DNA of 64,000 nucleotides from Planctomycetota bacterium (GCA_038227875.1 JBBRPR010000005.1:32001-96000), one strand, 5' to 3'; shown: positions 18,619-28,393, counted from the first letter of the stretch. Numbers and translations: made by a program. The notes: a model not told the origin generated them from the letters alone.

Positions 18619-19422
18619 ACGCGCACGGACTCGAAAATCCAAAATCAAGAATCGGAAAACGCGCCCCCGGCTCCGGGCGCGTCCGCGCCTATAGCCGTGG
18701 TCACCGGCGCTTCCCGAGGCATCGGCCGCGCGTGCGCTCTGGCGCTGGCCCGGGGCGGCTTCGACATCGCCGCGCACTTCAACGCCAACGCCGCGGAAGC
18801 CGAAACGCTCACCGCCGAGATCACAAAACTGCCGCCGCGCCGCGCGCAGAGTTTCCAGGCGAACCTGTCGGCTCCCGGTGCTGCCAAAGAGCTGATCGAC
18901 GCTGTCGCGAAGTCCTTCGGCCCGCCGACGGTGCTCGTCCATGCCGCCGGGATCATGGTCGAGAAACCCTTGAGCTTCACCAGCCCCGCCGACTGGGAGA
19001 GCCAGTTCGAACTCCACGCCTTCTCAGCCGCCGCGCTCTCGCAGGCGATGCTGCGCTACGTCCGCAAATCCGAGCACGGCCGCATTGTTTACATCTCGAG
19101 TCTCGCGGCAATCAGCGGCCTGGGGAACGGCGCTGCGTACGCTGCATCCAAAGGCGCGCTGATTGGCCTGTGCAAAAGTCTAGCCTTGGAAGCCGCGCGT
19201 TGGAAGACCACCGTCAACTGCGTCGCCCCCGGCTACGTGACCACGGACATGACCGCCGCTCACGACGAAGAGCGGCGCGACGCGAACATCGCCAAAATCC
19301 CCCTCGGACGCTACGGCACGCCGGAGGACGTGGCGGGAATGGTCGCGTTCCTGTGCTCACCGCAGGCGGGGTGGATCACGGGGCAGACGCTGGTTTTGGA
19401 TGGCGGGATGAGCTTGGGTTGA
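18619..19422 (+). CDS. SDR family oxidoreductase, FabG-like (start uncertain: ACG 18619 or GTG 18697)
   Basis: VTGASRGIG, YAASK, NCVAPG, IPLGRYG and ITGQTLVLDGG. Confidence 0.85.
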   Translation, partial: TRTDSKIQNQESENAPPAPGASAPIAVVTGASRGIGRACALALARGGFDIAAHFNANAAEAETLTAEITKLPPRRAQSFQANLSAPGAAKELIDAVAKSFGPPTVLVHAAGIMVEKPLSFTSPADWESQFELHAFSAAALSQAMLRYVRKSEHGRIVYISSLAAISGLGNGAAYAASKGALIGLCKSLALEAARWKTTVNCVAPGYVTTDMTAAHDEERRDANIAKIPLGRYGTPEDVAGMVAFLCSPQAGWITGQTLVLDGGMSLG

Positions 19423-19516
19423 TCAAACATAATTTATTTTCCGTTTCCTTGTAACCATCGCCTACAAACCCTTAAATAGACACTGCACCACCAGCACCAC
19501 GGACCGGAGAACGCGA

Positions 19517-21823
19517 ATGAGTGCATGCAAGAGCTGCGGCGAAGAGATGCAGAGCGCGACCAGCGACGTCTGCCCCAAATGCCTTCTCGGGCTGGGCGTC
19601 ACCACCCAGATCGAAAAGCCGCTGGAACCGGGGATGATCTTCCACGGACTGGAGATCGCACAACTGCTCGGCCGCGGCGGCATGGGGTACGTCTACAAGG
19701 CCCGCCAGCCGCAGCTCGACCGCTTCGTCGCAGTGAAAGTCCTCCCGCGCTCGATGGGCGCCAGCGAAGAATTCTCACAGCGCTTCATGCTGGAAGCCAA
19801 GGCGCTGGCGTCGCTTTCGCATCCCAACATCGTCTCCGTCTTCGATTTCGGCCGCGAAGGCGATCAGTACTTCATCGTCATGGAATTCGTCGACGGCACC
19901 AATCTCCGCCCGGTGCTGCGTGCCAACAAGATCAGCCCGGCCGACGCACTGAAGATCATCCCGGTGCTCTGCGATGCCCTGCAGTACGCGCATTCCAAGG
20001 GCGTCGTCCACCGCGACATCAAGCCTGAAAACATCATGCTCGATCTCAACGGCCACGTGAAGATCGCCGACTTCGGCCTCGCCAAGATGACCAACCTCGG
20101 CAACAACACGCCGAAGATGACGCAGACCAACGTCGCCATGGGCACGCCGCACTACATGGCACCGGAGCAGTTCGAGAGCGCCAAGTCCGTCGACCACCGC
20201 GCCGACATTTATTCCATGGGCGTGCTCTTCTATGAAATGCTGACTGGCGAGCTGCCGATCGGACGATTCGAAGCGCCGTCGGTGGGAAGACTGGAAGTCG
20301 ACGTGCGGCTCGACGAAATCGTCCTCCGCGCGCTCCAGAAGGAACCGGGCAAGCGCTACCAGTCGATGGGCGAAGTCAGCCGCGACGTCACGCGCGTCTC
20401 GAGCATTTCCCTGTCCAAGAGCCAGGTCGAAGCGCAGAAGCCCAAGACGCTCTCGCCGATGGTCGCCACCGTCGGCGCGATCGCGCTGGCGCTGGGCTAT
20501 GCCATCTATTCGATCGCCGCATCGCAGGCGAAGGACGCGCACGCTGTCGATTCAAAGACCACCGTAACCACGACCGGGACGGCCGCGACTCCGCCGACAA
20601 CGACATCGGTGGAAAGCGCGCCGCCCAAGACCGACGACAAGAAGGACGTCTGGCCGCTGGCGACGCTCGCGGACACCGAACTGCCGCCGGGCTGGAAGAT
20701 TGTCAAGAACGATGAAGCCGCCGACCGCGCCGAACTGTTGAACCTGGCCAACTGGTTTCGTCTCGGCGACCGCGTGAAGGACATCGAAAAGGCGCGCAAA
20801 TTGGAACTGGAGAACACCGACCATAACAAGATTCAGTTGCTCGCTTACAACTGCCGCTCGCAAGATGGACTCGACGGTTGCCTGACGTTCATGATGAAAA
20901 ATTACCTGCCGCAGTGGAACCATTTCCTGATTCAGAAGGACAACATGTTCCTCGTCGGCGCCGGCGACAAGGTCGGCAAGGTCACGCCCGACCTGGAAGA
21001 GCTCGAAGACACGCTGCGCAAGAAGATGGGCGCAACGCCCGCCAAGCGCCACGACGCCAGCGACGCCGCGACGCGCGTGCTTCCCGCCGGCTGGGTGGAA
21101 CTGAAGAAGAGCGTCTCCGGCGAAACGACGCCGGTGGTCGCCAAGTACCGCGGCGACCTCAAACCGGTGCTCGCCGCGTTCCCGTACCTGCTGCCGCTGA
21201 AGCCCGAAGAGATCCGCGACGGCTGGGTGAAAAGTTTCGGCGAGCCCAGTGCCGGCGGCGCTCACGCCGACGTGCTTTCGCTGCGTTTTTACGAGACCGA
21301 AGACGCTCGCAAATTCGCACGCCGTTCGCAAAATCCCGACCCTCCGAAAGACACAGGGATGCTGATTCTGCAGGACGATGTCCATGTCGTCTTTGTGCTG
21401 ACTGCCGACATCAATCCGGCTCACAAGGCCGGCTACGAGGCGTTTGAAAAAACGATGCGCGAAGGGATGCGCGCGTACAGCGACAGCCATTACGTCACCG
21501 CCAAGGTGCTGAGCGCCGTGCGCACTCAGGCCGGAATGAAGCTGGAACTTGAGCTCACCGGCGCCAACGCCACCGAATTCAAGCGCGCCGGCAAGTGGAC
21601 TCTGGACGTCTGGGCGAAGGGCTTGAAAGACGTGAGCGTCGAGGTAAACCCGCCGGCCGACTTCACCTACGCCGACGAAAAGTGGCACGCCACGCTTGAG
21701 CTACCAATCGCCGACAAACTCAAGTCGCTCTCCCCCGAAGCCGAACACATCGAATTCCGCGTCGACTGGACGGCCGGCAAGGGGAACACGTTCGATATTC
21801 CGGCGATGCCGGTGCCGAAGTGA
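19517..21823 (+). CDS. Membrane Ser/Thr protein kinase with N-terminal CxxC..CxxC and an extracytoplasmic C-terminus
   Basis: LGRGGMG, VAVK, HRDIKPEN, DFG and YMAPE; TM segment VATVGAIALALGYAIY. Confidence 0.93.
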   Translation: MSACKSCGEEMQSATSDVCPKCLLGLGVTTQIEKPLEPGMIFHGLEIAQLLGRGGMGYVYKARQPQLDRFVAVKVLPRSMGASEEFSQRFMLEAKALASLSHPNIVSVFDFGREGDQYFIVMEFVDGTNLRPVLRANKISPADALKIIPVLCDALQYAHSKGVVHRDIKPENIMLDLNGHVKIADFGLAKMTNLGNNTPKMTQTNVAMGTPHYMAPEQFESAKSVDHRADIYSMGVLFYEMLTGELPIGRFEAPSVGRLEVDVRLDEIVLRALQKEPGKRYQSMGEVSRDVTRVSSISLSKSQVEAQKPKTLSPMVATVGAIALALGYAIYSIAASQAKDAHAVDSKTTVTTTGTAATPPTTTSVESAPPKTDDKKDVWPLATLADTELPPGWKIVKNDEAADRAELLNLANWFRLGDRVKDIEKARKLELENTDHNKIQLLAYNCRSQDGLDGCLTFMMKNYLPQWNHFLIQKDNMFLVGAGDKVGKVTPDLEELEDTLRKKMGATPAKRHDASDAATRVLPAGWVELKKSVSGETTPVVAKYRGDLKPVLAAFPYLLPLKPEEIRDGWVKSFGEPSAGGAHADVLSLRFYETEDARKFARRSQNPDPPKDTGMLILQDDVHVVFVLTADINPAHKAGYEAFEKTMREGMRAYSDSHYVTAKVLSAVRTQAGMKLELELTGANATEFKRAGKWTLDVWAKGLKDVSVEVNPPADFTYADEKWHATLELPIADKLKSLSPEAEHIEFRVDWTAGKGNTFDIPAMPVPK

Positions 21824-21825
21824 GG

Positions 21826-21943
21826 GAAGGACTGAGGACTGAAGAACAAACTCCCCGCGTGCGGGGAGTTTTTGTTTGCACGATTTCATGAACGAAGCGA
21901 CGCGTCATAACCTCAGTCCTCAGTCCTCGGCCCTCAGTCCTTC
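21826..21943. repeat. Inverted heptamer-repeat element (AGGACTG/CAGTCCT)
   Basis: GAAGGACTGAGGACTGA ... CCTCAGTCCTCAGTCCTCGGCCCTCAGTCCTTC. Confidence 0.65.
21848..21877 (+). terminator. Intrinsic terminator after the kinase gene
   Basis: AAACTCCCCGC-GT-GCGGGGAGTTT followed by TTGTTT. Confidence 0.7.
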
Positions 21944-22041
21944 CGTTCCCGTCCTTCCGTCTCGATTTCCTGTATACAACCCGCCCGCGCTTACGTTCCC
22001 TATTCTAGCGACGTACTTCATAAATCCGCGAGGTGACTACC

Positions 22042-23697
22042 ATGCTGACTCGATTGCTCATGTTCACCACACTCTTCCTTTTCCCGATCGCATCGGCGGC
22101 GACGCCGACGACTCCTGAGGCGCAGCTGGGCAAGCGGTTGTTTTTGGAGACTCGGTTTGCGCAGGCGTTTTTTGCTCAGGCGCACGGGAATGTGAATGCT
22201 ACGAACATCTCCGGCGATCCGGCGCTCAATGAAACGGTGACGGCCGGGAGCAACCTGCCGGGTCCGTTTGCCGGCAAGACGATGAACTGTCGCGCGTGCC
22301 ATCTGGAAGACGAGCAGCTGAACGCGGCGGGCGGCGGGATGCGCACGTATGCGGACTTTGCGCGGCGCAGTCCGATTCCGGCGCGCGAAGACGGGAAGGT
22401 GTCGACGGTGCGGAACTCGCCGGCTCTCGTCAATGCGACGCTGCCGCGGCCGGAATTCTTCCTGCATTTCGATGGTGAGTTTCCGTCGGGGACGGATCTG
22501 GTGATCGGTACGTTTACGGGGCGGAACTTCGGCTGGCTGGCCAGCGAGAAGGCCGCAGCGGTCAAGCATGTGGCCAACGTAATTCGCAATGACGACGGGA
22601 CGAGCGATCTGGACCTGCAATTCGGCGGCAGCTACGCCAAGGTCTTCGCCGGAGATTCGAGCGTGCCGGCGGCGTTTCGGCTGAGCGGCAAGTCGCTGCT
22701 CGATGTCAAGAAAGCCACCGATTCACAACTGCTGGTCGCGGCCGGACAGATGATCACGGCGTATCTGGACTCGCTGCGCTTCTCCAATACTTCGCCGTAT
22801 GATTTGTTCCTGACCAAGAACGGTCTGCCGACGCAGCCGGACGCCGAAGAAACACCGGTGGCTTACGCGCGGCGTTTGCGTACGGCGGTCAACGCGCTGA
22901 CGGCGCCGCAGTTTGTCGGCGCGGCGGACGGGAAATTCGGCACGCACGCGATTCCGTTTGTCTTCGGGCCGGGAGAACTGGCGGGCTTGCAAGTCTTCCT
23001 GGCCGAACCCGGCTCGCCGGCGCCAGGCACGCCCACGCAGCAGCCACCGCCGCCGCCACCGGGCGCGCCGCCGGCCCCGGCTGGCGGAGTCGGCAACTGC
23101 ATCGCCTGTCACGCGCCGCCGGCATTCACCGACTTCCGCTTCCACAACACGGGCGTCTCGCAGTTGGAATACGACGGGATCTTCGGCGCGGGAGCGTTCC
23201 TGCAGCTGCAGATTCCATCGCTGACCGACCGCAAGAAAGGCGCGGCGAAATTCCTGCCGGCGAGCGCCAAGCATCCGGGCAACTCAGGCATCTTCCGCGC
23301 AATTCCGTCGGCCGATCATCCCGGCCAAGCGGACTTGGGCATGTGGAACGTCTTCGGCAACCCGGACATTCCCGGTCCGCAGAAGGCGCTCAAGACACTG
23401 CTGACGGCGACGCTGGGCAAACTGAAGGACGACGCGATCCTCGACAAGACCATTGCCACGTTCAAGACGCCGGGCCTGCGCGACCTGCTCGACTCGCAAC
23501 CGTTCATGCACAACGGATCGCTGGACAACATCGGGCAGACGGTGCAGTTCTACATTCAGGTCAGCCAGCTTGCGCGCAACAACCAGCTCCGCAACGCCGA
23601 CCCCGAAATACCGAAGATCGGCTTCACGCCGCAGCAGGCGCAGCAGCTGACGCAGTTCCTCAATGCGCTGAATGAGGATTTTCAGGATGGGAATTAA
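22042..23697 (+). CDS. Diheme cytochrome c peroxidase/MauG superfamily protein
   Basis: Signal peptide, LGKRLFLE, CRACH, RNSPAL, CIACH, FKTPGLR and PFMHNG. Confidence 0.88.
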   Translation: MLTRLLMFTTLFLFPIASAATPTTPEAQLGKRLFLETRFAQAFFAQAHGNVNATNISGDPALNETVTAGSNLPGPFAGKTMNCRACHLEDEQLNAAGGGMRTYADFARRSPIPAREDGKVSTVRNSPALVNATLPRPEFFLHFDGEFPSGTDLVIGTFTGRNFGWLASEKAAAVKHVANVIRNDDGTSDLDLQFGGSYAKVFAGDSSVPAAFRLSGKSLLDVKKATDSQLLVAAGQMITAYLDSLRFSNTSPYDLFLTKNGLPTQPDAEETPVAYARRLRTAVNALTAPQFVGAADGKFGTHAIPFVFGPGELAGLQVFLAEPGSPAPGTPTQQPPPPPPGAPPAPAGGVGNCIACHAPPAFTDFRFHNTGVSQLEYDGIFGAGAFLQLQIPSLTDRKKGAAKFLPASAKHPGNSGIFRAIPSADHPGQADLGMWNVFGNPDIPGPQKALKTLLTATLGKLKDDAILDKTIATFKTPGLRDLLDSQPFMHNGSLDNIGQTVQFYIQVSQLARNNQLRNADPEIPKIGFTPQQAQQLTQFLNALNEDFQDGN

Positions 23698-24623
23698 TTG
23701 GGCACTTTCAAATCGTCAAAATCGCTTCCGGACCCATACACAACCACAAGTCGAAGCGGAAGTCTGGGTTTGGTGCGCTGCAGTTTTAGTTTGAGAAGTG
23801 CCATCGCCTTATTGAATAACCTTTTCCCCGAGTCGTAATTCGGAGAATCATAGTTCGGCAGGAGCGACTTCCAGTTGGTGATTTTGACTTGCTGGTCGAA
23901 ATCCGAGACATCGACATACCTTTTAAGTGGCGGACCATTCCTGATCCATAGCCACGTTGTCCAGCACTCGTCGATTATGGAAATACCCACGATGCCAGGG
24001 CTCGGACGTTGGTCGAACATGTTCTTGATTGCCTCAAAGCACTTCGTAGCGAAAAGCTCGGCTGCTGTACGCGGATCTTTCAGATTCCTGCTTTGCGCGA
24101 ATAGCTCCGTCGCATCACGAAGCTTTCGCAACGGGTACTTTTTGGATTCATTGAATTCTTTCAGAATGACGTCACCAACATAAAAGACCGCATTTACAAA
24201 TTCGGGTTTACATACAAATGTCCCGTTGATGCATCCGCATGTCTTCGATGATTTTCGAAATTCCTCTTCGGTTTTAAAGATTGCCTTCGATTTTGGCAAT
24301 GCAAGGAATAGAGGGCCAGATTTCTTGATCCCCGTTGCGCGTTGCGAATATGTATTGACCTTCAGTAGTGTGAAGTCTGTCATTTGGTTCTTTAAAAACG
24401 GAATCATGTAATTGCTGAAAAGCGGTCTCGAAAGTATGCCGCACCACACGGATGGGTAAAGACCCGAGCGCGCATCCTGAACCAACTTCAATTTTGAAAG
24501 TTTCATTGCTTTGCCGCGGTAAATCTTCGCTACCTCTCTTTGGCAAAGCGGTGCCATTGCTTCCAGAGATTTGCACGCCCGAGTATTTCCAACTGGAACA
24601 AGAATCTCTTGCTTCATACCCAT
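23694..24623 (-). CDS. Hypothetical protein, visibly lower GC than flanks
   Basis: 309-aa open frame filling an AT-richer segment; no motif recognised. Confidence 0.6.
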   Translation of the reverse strand: MGMKQEILVPVGNTRACKSLEAMAPLCQREVAKIYRGKAMKLSKLKLVQDARSGLYPSVWCGILSRPLFSNYMIPFLKNQMTDFTLLKVNTYSQRATGIKKSGPLFLALPKSKAIFKTEEEFRKSSKTCGCINGTFVCKPEFVNAVFYVGDVILKEFNESKKYPLRKLRDATELFAQSRNLKDPRTAAELFATKCFEAIKNMFDQRPSPGIVGISIIDECWTTWLWIRNGPPLKRYVDVSDFDQQVKITNWKSLLPNYDSPNYDSGKRLFNKAMALLKLKLQRTKPRLPLRLVVVYGSGSDFDDLKVPN

Positions 24624-24627
24624 TCCT

Positions 24628-25578
24628 CTAAATTGTTTTTAACCAATTACATATAGCGGACTTGCTGGCGGCCAGACCTTTGTAGCGCAGCGAATCCGGG
24701 GTCATCGAGTCGAGGGCGGCGATCAGGGCTTGGCGTTCCGTGGGGGTCAGGTCCTTCGCGCAGTCCAGGAAGATCGTGCGGATCGTAAAGAGGGAGCCGT
24801 TTTCAAGTGGGAACGGCGAGAGCGTCTGGCGTTCGATGCGCAGGAAAAGTTGCGGTCGCTGGGGATCGAACTGGCGGCCTTTAAATTCGTTCTGTGGGTG
24901 GTGGTTGAGCGCGTCGTCGGTGGCCGGTCCCCAGGCGAAGCGCACGGACGGGGCTTTGGTCACCATGCCGTCGACGATGCCCGGCGCGGCTTTGTAGAGG
25001 CGCTCAAAACCAGCGACGGGGGCGTGAACGGTGTTGAACGGGCGCCCGATTTTGTCGGCGGCGGCCCAGTGGTTGGGAAAACAGAGATGCACGGCCGCCA
25101 GCCATTCGCGTGTGCCACCCGGCTCGCGCGTCCAGACGGCGAGGTCCTCCTGCAGGTTGCTGGCCAGCGCGTCGAGCGCATCGCGGTACGGCGGCGACGC
25201 GACGCTGCGTTGCGCGGTGAGAATAAAGTTCGGCGCGAATTCCAGTTCATCGCCGGTCAGCGCGCAGCGCAGGCGGCGGCCGTCGAAGGTGAAGAAATCC
25301 GGCCATTCGGCGACGAGCTTCTCGATCAGGTATCGCGCAACGGCGCTGCGCAGCGCGTCGGAAAGTTCAGCGTGCGGCGGGTAGTATTTGTCCAGCCGCT
25401 CCGCGCGGACGCGGAGTTTCTCCTGCCGGTAACGCGTGAAGTGCTGGTCGAATTGGAAGACTTTCTGGTCCAACGCGCCGTTTCCGAAATCCGTACCGAG
25501 CGGCCGTAAGCCCACGGCGACGTCGTAGCGACCGTTGGCGGGCGGAAAGTAACGGGGCGGCGGCGGCAGGTCATGCAT
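24628..25578 (-). CDS. DUF3445 / heme-dependent oxidative N-demethylase alpha-like protein
   Basis: LQEDL, HLCFPNHW, DKIGRPF, HAPV, RFAWG, LRIERQTL and LFTIRT. Confidence 0.82.
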   Translation of the reverse strand: MHDLPPPPRYFPPANGRYDVAVGLRPLGTDFGNGALDQKVFQFDQHFTRYRQEKLRVRAERLDKYYPPHAELSDALRSAVARYLIEKLVAEWPDFFTFDGRRLRCALTGDELEFAPNFILTAQRSVASPPYRDALDALASNLQEDLAVWTREPGGTREWLAAVHLCFPNHWAAADKIGRPFNTVHAPVAGFERLYKAAPGIVDGMVTKAPSVRFAWGPATDDALNHHPQNEFKGRQFDPQRPQLFLRIERQTLSPFPLENGSLFTIRTIFLDCAKDLTPTERQALIAALDSMTPDSLRYKGLAASKSAICNWLKTI

Positions 25579-25619
25579 GGACCGTCTTTAGACGAGACTG
25601 CCGCCGGAATCAACGACGC

Positions 25620-26258
25620 TTATCGGCGGCCGGCGACGTTGGCGTAGAACGGCGCCTTGTTGGGCGCCTGGAACTTCGGCTTTTGGGCTTCGCCGGCCGC
25701 GGCTGTGACGAACTTGGCCTCTTTGACGACCACGGGCGGTTCGGTCGTGTCCGGTTTTGTCCGGTTTTGGCCGGTTTCCGGAACAGGTTCGGCGGCGGTG
25801 TCCGCTTTTGTCCGGTTTTGGCCGCTTTCCGGTTCGGCGACGGCTTCGCCTTCGGACTCGCGTGTTTTTTCGGCTTCTTTGCGTTTGAGTTTGTCGAAGT
25901 AGACGAACTCGCGCCACTTTTCGTTGCTCGCCTGGCGTTCCTGTTGCGCGATCAGTTTCATGCCCAAGGCGATCGCTCGTTCGTGCGTTTTTTCGTCGTG
26001 AGAGTTGAGCATTTCGAAGGCTAAATTCATGGCGTTTTTGGCGAAGGCTGCCTGGTCGGCGGCGGCGATGGCCATCACGGTCTGAGCCATCGTGCGCGCG
26101 CCGTCGCGCTGGGTTTCCAACTCTTCGCGGAAGTCGGGATTCTTGATCCAGCGGCGGAGCGTGCGGTCGCTGATTTTCAGCTCTGCGGCGATTTCATACT
26201 GGCGATGTCCGGCGACGAGCAGGTCGATGGCACGGTCGTGGATCGGTTCGAGCGTCAT
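25620..26258 (-). CDS. HTH protein (terminase-small-subunit-like N-terminus) with a low-complexity repeat tail
   Basis: EIAAELKISDRTLRRWIKNPDF and GQNRTK(A/P)DT twice; AAGGA RBS. Confidence 0.7.
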   Translation of the reverse strand: MTLEPIHDRAIDLLVAGHRQYEIAAELKISDRTLRRWIKNPDFREELETQRDGARTMAQTVMAIAAADQAAFAKNAMNLAFEMLNSHDEKTHERAIALGMKLIAQQERQASNEKWREFVYFDKLKRKEAEKTRESEGEAVAEPESGQNRTKADTAAEPVPETGQNRTKPDTTEPPVVVKEAKFVTAAAGEAQKPKFQAPNKAPFYANVAGRR

Positions 26259-26466
26259 GGCATATTCCTTTCTGAACCCACGGAGCGACACGAAGGCGCT
26301 AAGCGCTTTGATTCGGTGGCTGGTTGTGTGGGAGAAAGTTGGCGACTGCCGGACCGCGTTTCAGCGATAAGGACGGACAGCCGCAGGTGGGCTTACATTA
26401 CCCTAAACTAGGGGCGGAATGCAAGGGGAAAGTGGTGAGAATGTCGAAGGTCAAATGCCCAATTCC

Positions 26467-26850
26467 CTATCCAATACTCTTTAGAATTACGTCTGCCAAG
26501 TCTTCGACGACGGACTGATCTAGAGACGGCACTTCTGTACTTTTAAGAAAGCCTCGCGCTTTAGCGTTGAGCGTTAATCCTGAAGCCAGTGGGTACATGA
26601 TGTTTTCGCAGCAATCGATGATCGCATCAGAATTCATGATTTTGCCAAAAAGATCGGCTCCTTTACCGCGAAAAGTTGGACCCTCTTTTTCGTCATAGCT
26701 GCAATTAATTTCGTCAAATAAGTCGGGACGTGACTCCCGCAAAAATCGCCACATGGCAACAAAGCATGGGAAAAAGTGTCCCCATGACTGAAGGGGTATA
26801 GTGCAGAGTTCTTGTCTTAGATGCTTCTCAAGTTCCAATGCGCTGGACAT
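26467..26850 (-). CDS. Hypothetical protein, lower GC
   Basis: Open frame in an AT-richer patch; no motif recognised. Confidence 0.5.
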   Translation of the reverse strand: MSSALELEKHLRQELCTIPLQSWGHFFPCFVAMWRFLRESRPDLFDEINCSYDEKEGPTFRGKGADLFGKIMNSDAIIDCCENIMYPLASGLTLNAKARGFLKSTEVPSLDQSVVEDLADVILKSIG

Positions 26851-26937
26851 GGGTGAGCGTCCTGAAAATCGGAAGCGGTTAAGGACCGATAGTAGCTGAG
26901 CGATCTTGCCGACGAGGTTCTTGTTCGCGGTGCGCAC

Positions 26938-26964
26938 CCATCCGAATTCTTCGAATTCGGATGG
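26938..26964. repeat. Perfect 12-bp-stem hairpin
   Basis: CCATCCGAATTC-TTC-GAATTCGGATGG downstream of the M20 gene. Confidence 0.5.
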
Positions 26965-27036
26965 CCACCCTCGCGGGTATTGCGTGTCGAAATTGCTTTG
27001 CGGCGTCCATTCGACATTCGACGTAATCGATCTGAA

Positions 27037-28230
27037 TTACTTCTTCCCCACGGCGCGCAGCGTCGCACCGATCAGGACGGCGGTGTACTTCTCCAGTTCG
27101 TCGATGCTGATACGTTCGTCGGCCATGTGGGGCATGCTGTGGTCGCCGGGGCCGAAAGCCGCCGCCGGAATTCCGGCCCAAATCAGTTGCTTGCACAGCG
27201 TTGCGCCGCCGATGCCGACGAACTTTGGCGGCGTGCCGGTCACGTCGGCGATGGCGTGGTAAAGGGATTGTGCGACCGGCGAATCCTGGCTGATCTCGCT
27301 CGGTCCCAGTTCGGCGATGTTTTCGACCGTGACCGAGATCCCAGCTCGGCGCGTGGCGATCTGTTCGGCCATGCGGCGGATTTCGTGGGTGACGCCGCTG
27401 GCGGACTGGTGCGGCAGGAAGCGGACGTTGTACACGGCCGTGGCCTTGCCGGGGACAATGTTGTGCGCGATGCCGGCTTCAGACTTCGTGATCACACACG
27501 TCGTCTGCGTCAGCAGTGGGTGCTTCTGTTCACTTTTGTGCGGCTTCCAGTTTTCGGTCAAGTAAAGCAGTTCGGCCAGCGCCGCGAGCGCGGAGACGCC
27601 TTCTTCGGGCGTGCTGGAATGGGCCTGCTTGCCGAAGAACGTGACGCGGACGTTGACCAGTCCCTTCTCGGCGATTTCCACTTCGTGGAGGAAGCTGGGG
27701 ATGTCGGGAACGAAGGCCATGTCGGCTTTGACGCCGCAGTCCTTCAAGAGCCACTCCAGGCCCTTGTCGGAACCATGCTCTTCGTCGGCGATGGCGCCCA
27801 GCATCAGCGTGCCTTCGAATTCGCCTTCGACGGTTTTGAGGAAATCGGCGGCGGCGAGCAGGCCGGCGAGCGGGCCCTTGTCGTCGGTCGCGCCGCGGCC
27901 CCAGACCTGGCCGTCCTTGACGACGCCGCCAAACGGCGGGACGCTCCAGCCGTCGCCCGCGGGGACGACGTCGGTGTGCGCGGGGATGAAGAGCTTCGGC
28001 GATTTTCCGCTGCCGATTTCAGCAATGAGGCTGGTGCGGTCGCCGCCCGGATCCCACGTCTTGAAGGGAATCTTGCGGGCGCTACAAAACTTCGCGACAT
28101 AATCGACGGCGATCTTCTCGTTCCCCGGCGGGTTGGTGGTGTCGAGCTGGATAAGTTCGCTGAGCAACGTGGTGACGAGGTCGCGGCGGGAGGAAGCAGC
28201 GGCAAGGATCGCTTCGCGAGATAGAGCCAT
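27037..28230 (-). CDS. M20 family metallopeptidase (ArgE/DapE-like)
   Basis: HTDVVP, GRGATDDKG, ADEE, GKQAHSS and PHMADE. Confidence 0.92.
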   Translation of the reverse strand: MALSREAILAAASSRRDLVTTLLSELIQLDTTNPPGNEKIAVDYVAKFCSARKIPFKTWDPGGDRTSLIAEIGSGKSPKLFIPAHTDVVPAGDGWSVPPFGGVVKDGQVWGRGATDDKGPLAGLLAAADFLKTVEGEFEGTLMLGAIADEEHGSDKGLEWLLKDCGVKADMAFVPDIPSFLHEVEIAEKGLVNVRVTFFGKQAHSSTPEEGVSALAALAELLYLTENWKPHKSEQKHPLLTQTTCVITKSEAGIAHNIVPGKATAVYNVRFLPHQSASGVTHEIRRMAEQIATRRAGISVTVENIAELGPSEISQDSPVAQSLYHAIADVTGTPPKFVGIGGATLCKQLIWAGIPAAAFGPGDHSMPHMADERISIDELEKYTAVLIGATLRAVGKK

Positions 28231-28240
28231 TTTTACTCCA

Positions 28241-28384
28241 GTTTTGAGTTGTGAGTTTTTAGGTTTGAGTTGAGTGCCGCAAGCGGCGGCGGCACTTCAA
28301 ACAGTCGCTATGCTCTTTCGAAGTTATGAGTTGAACGCCGCCATCTGCAACACAATTCAAAACTCACAACTCACAACTCAAAAC
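28241..28384. repeat. Inverted heptamer-repeat element (TGAGTT(G/T) / (C/A)AACTCA)
   Basis: GTTTTGAGTTGTGAGTTTT ... AAAACTCACAACTCACAACTCAAAAC. Confidence 0.7.
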
Positions 28385-28393
28385 CACCCTTCC

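Noticed and set aside
13289..19422. Aryl-polyene/xanthomonadin-type cluster including the FabG-like gene
   Set aside because: No ketosynthase, ACP or dehydratase. The SDR is divergent and separated by MBL and M50 genes.
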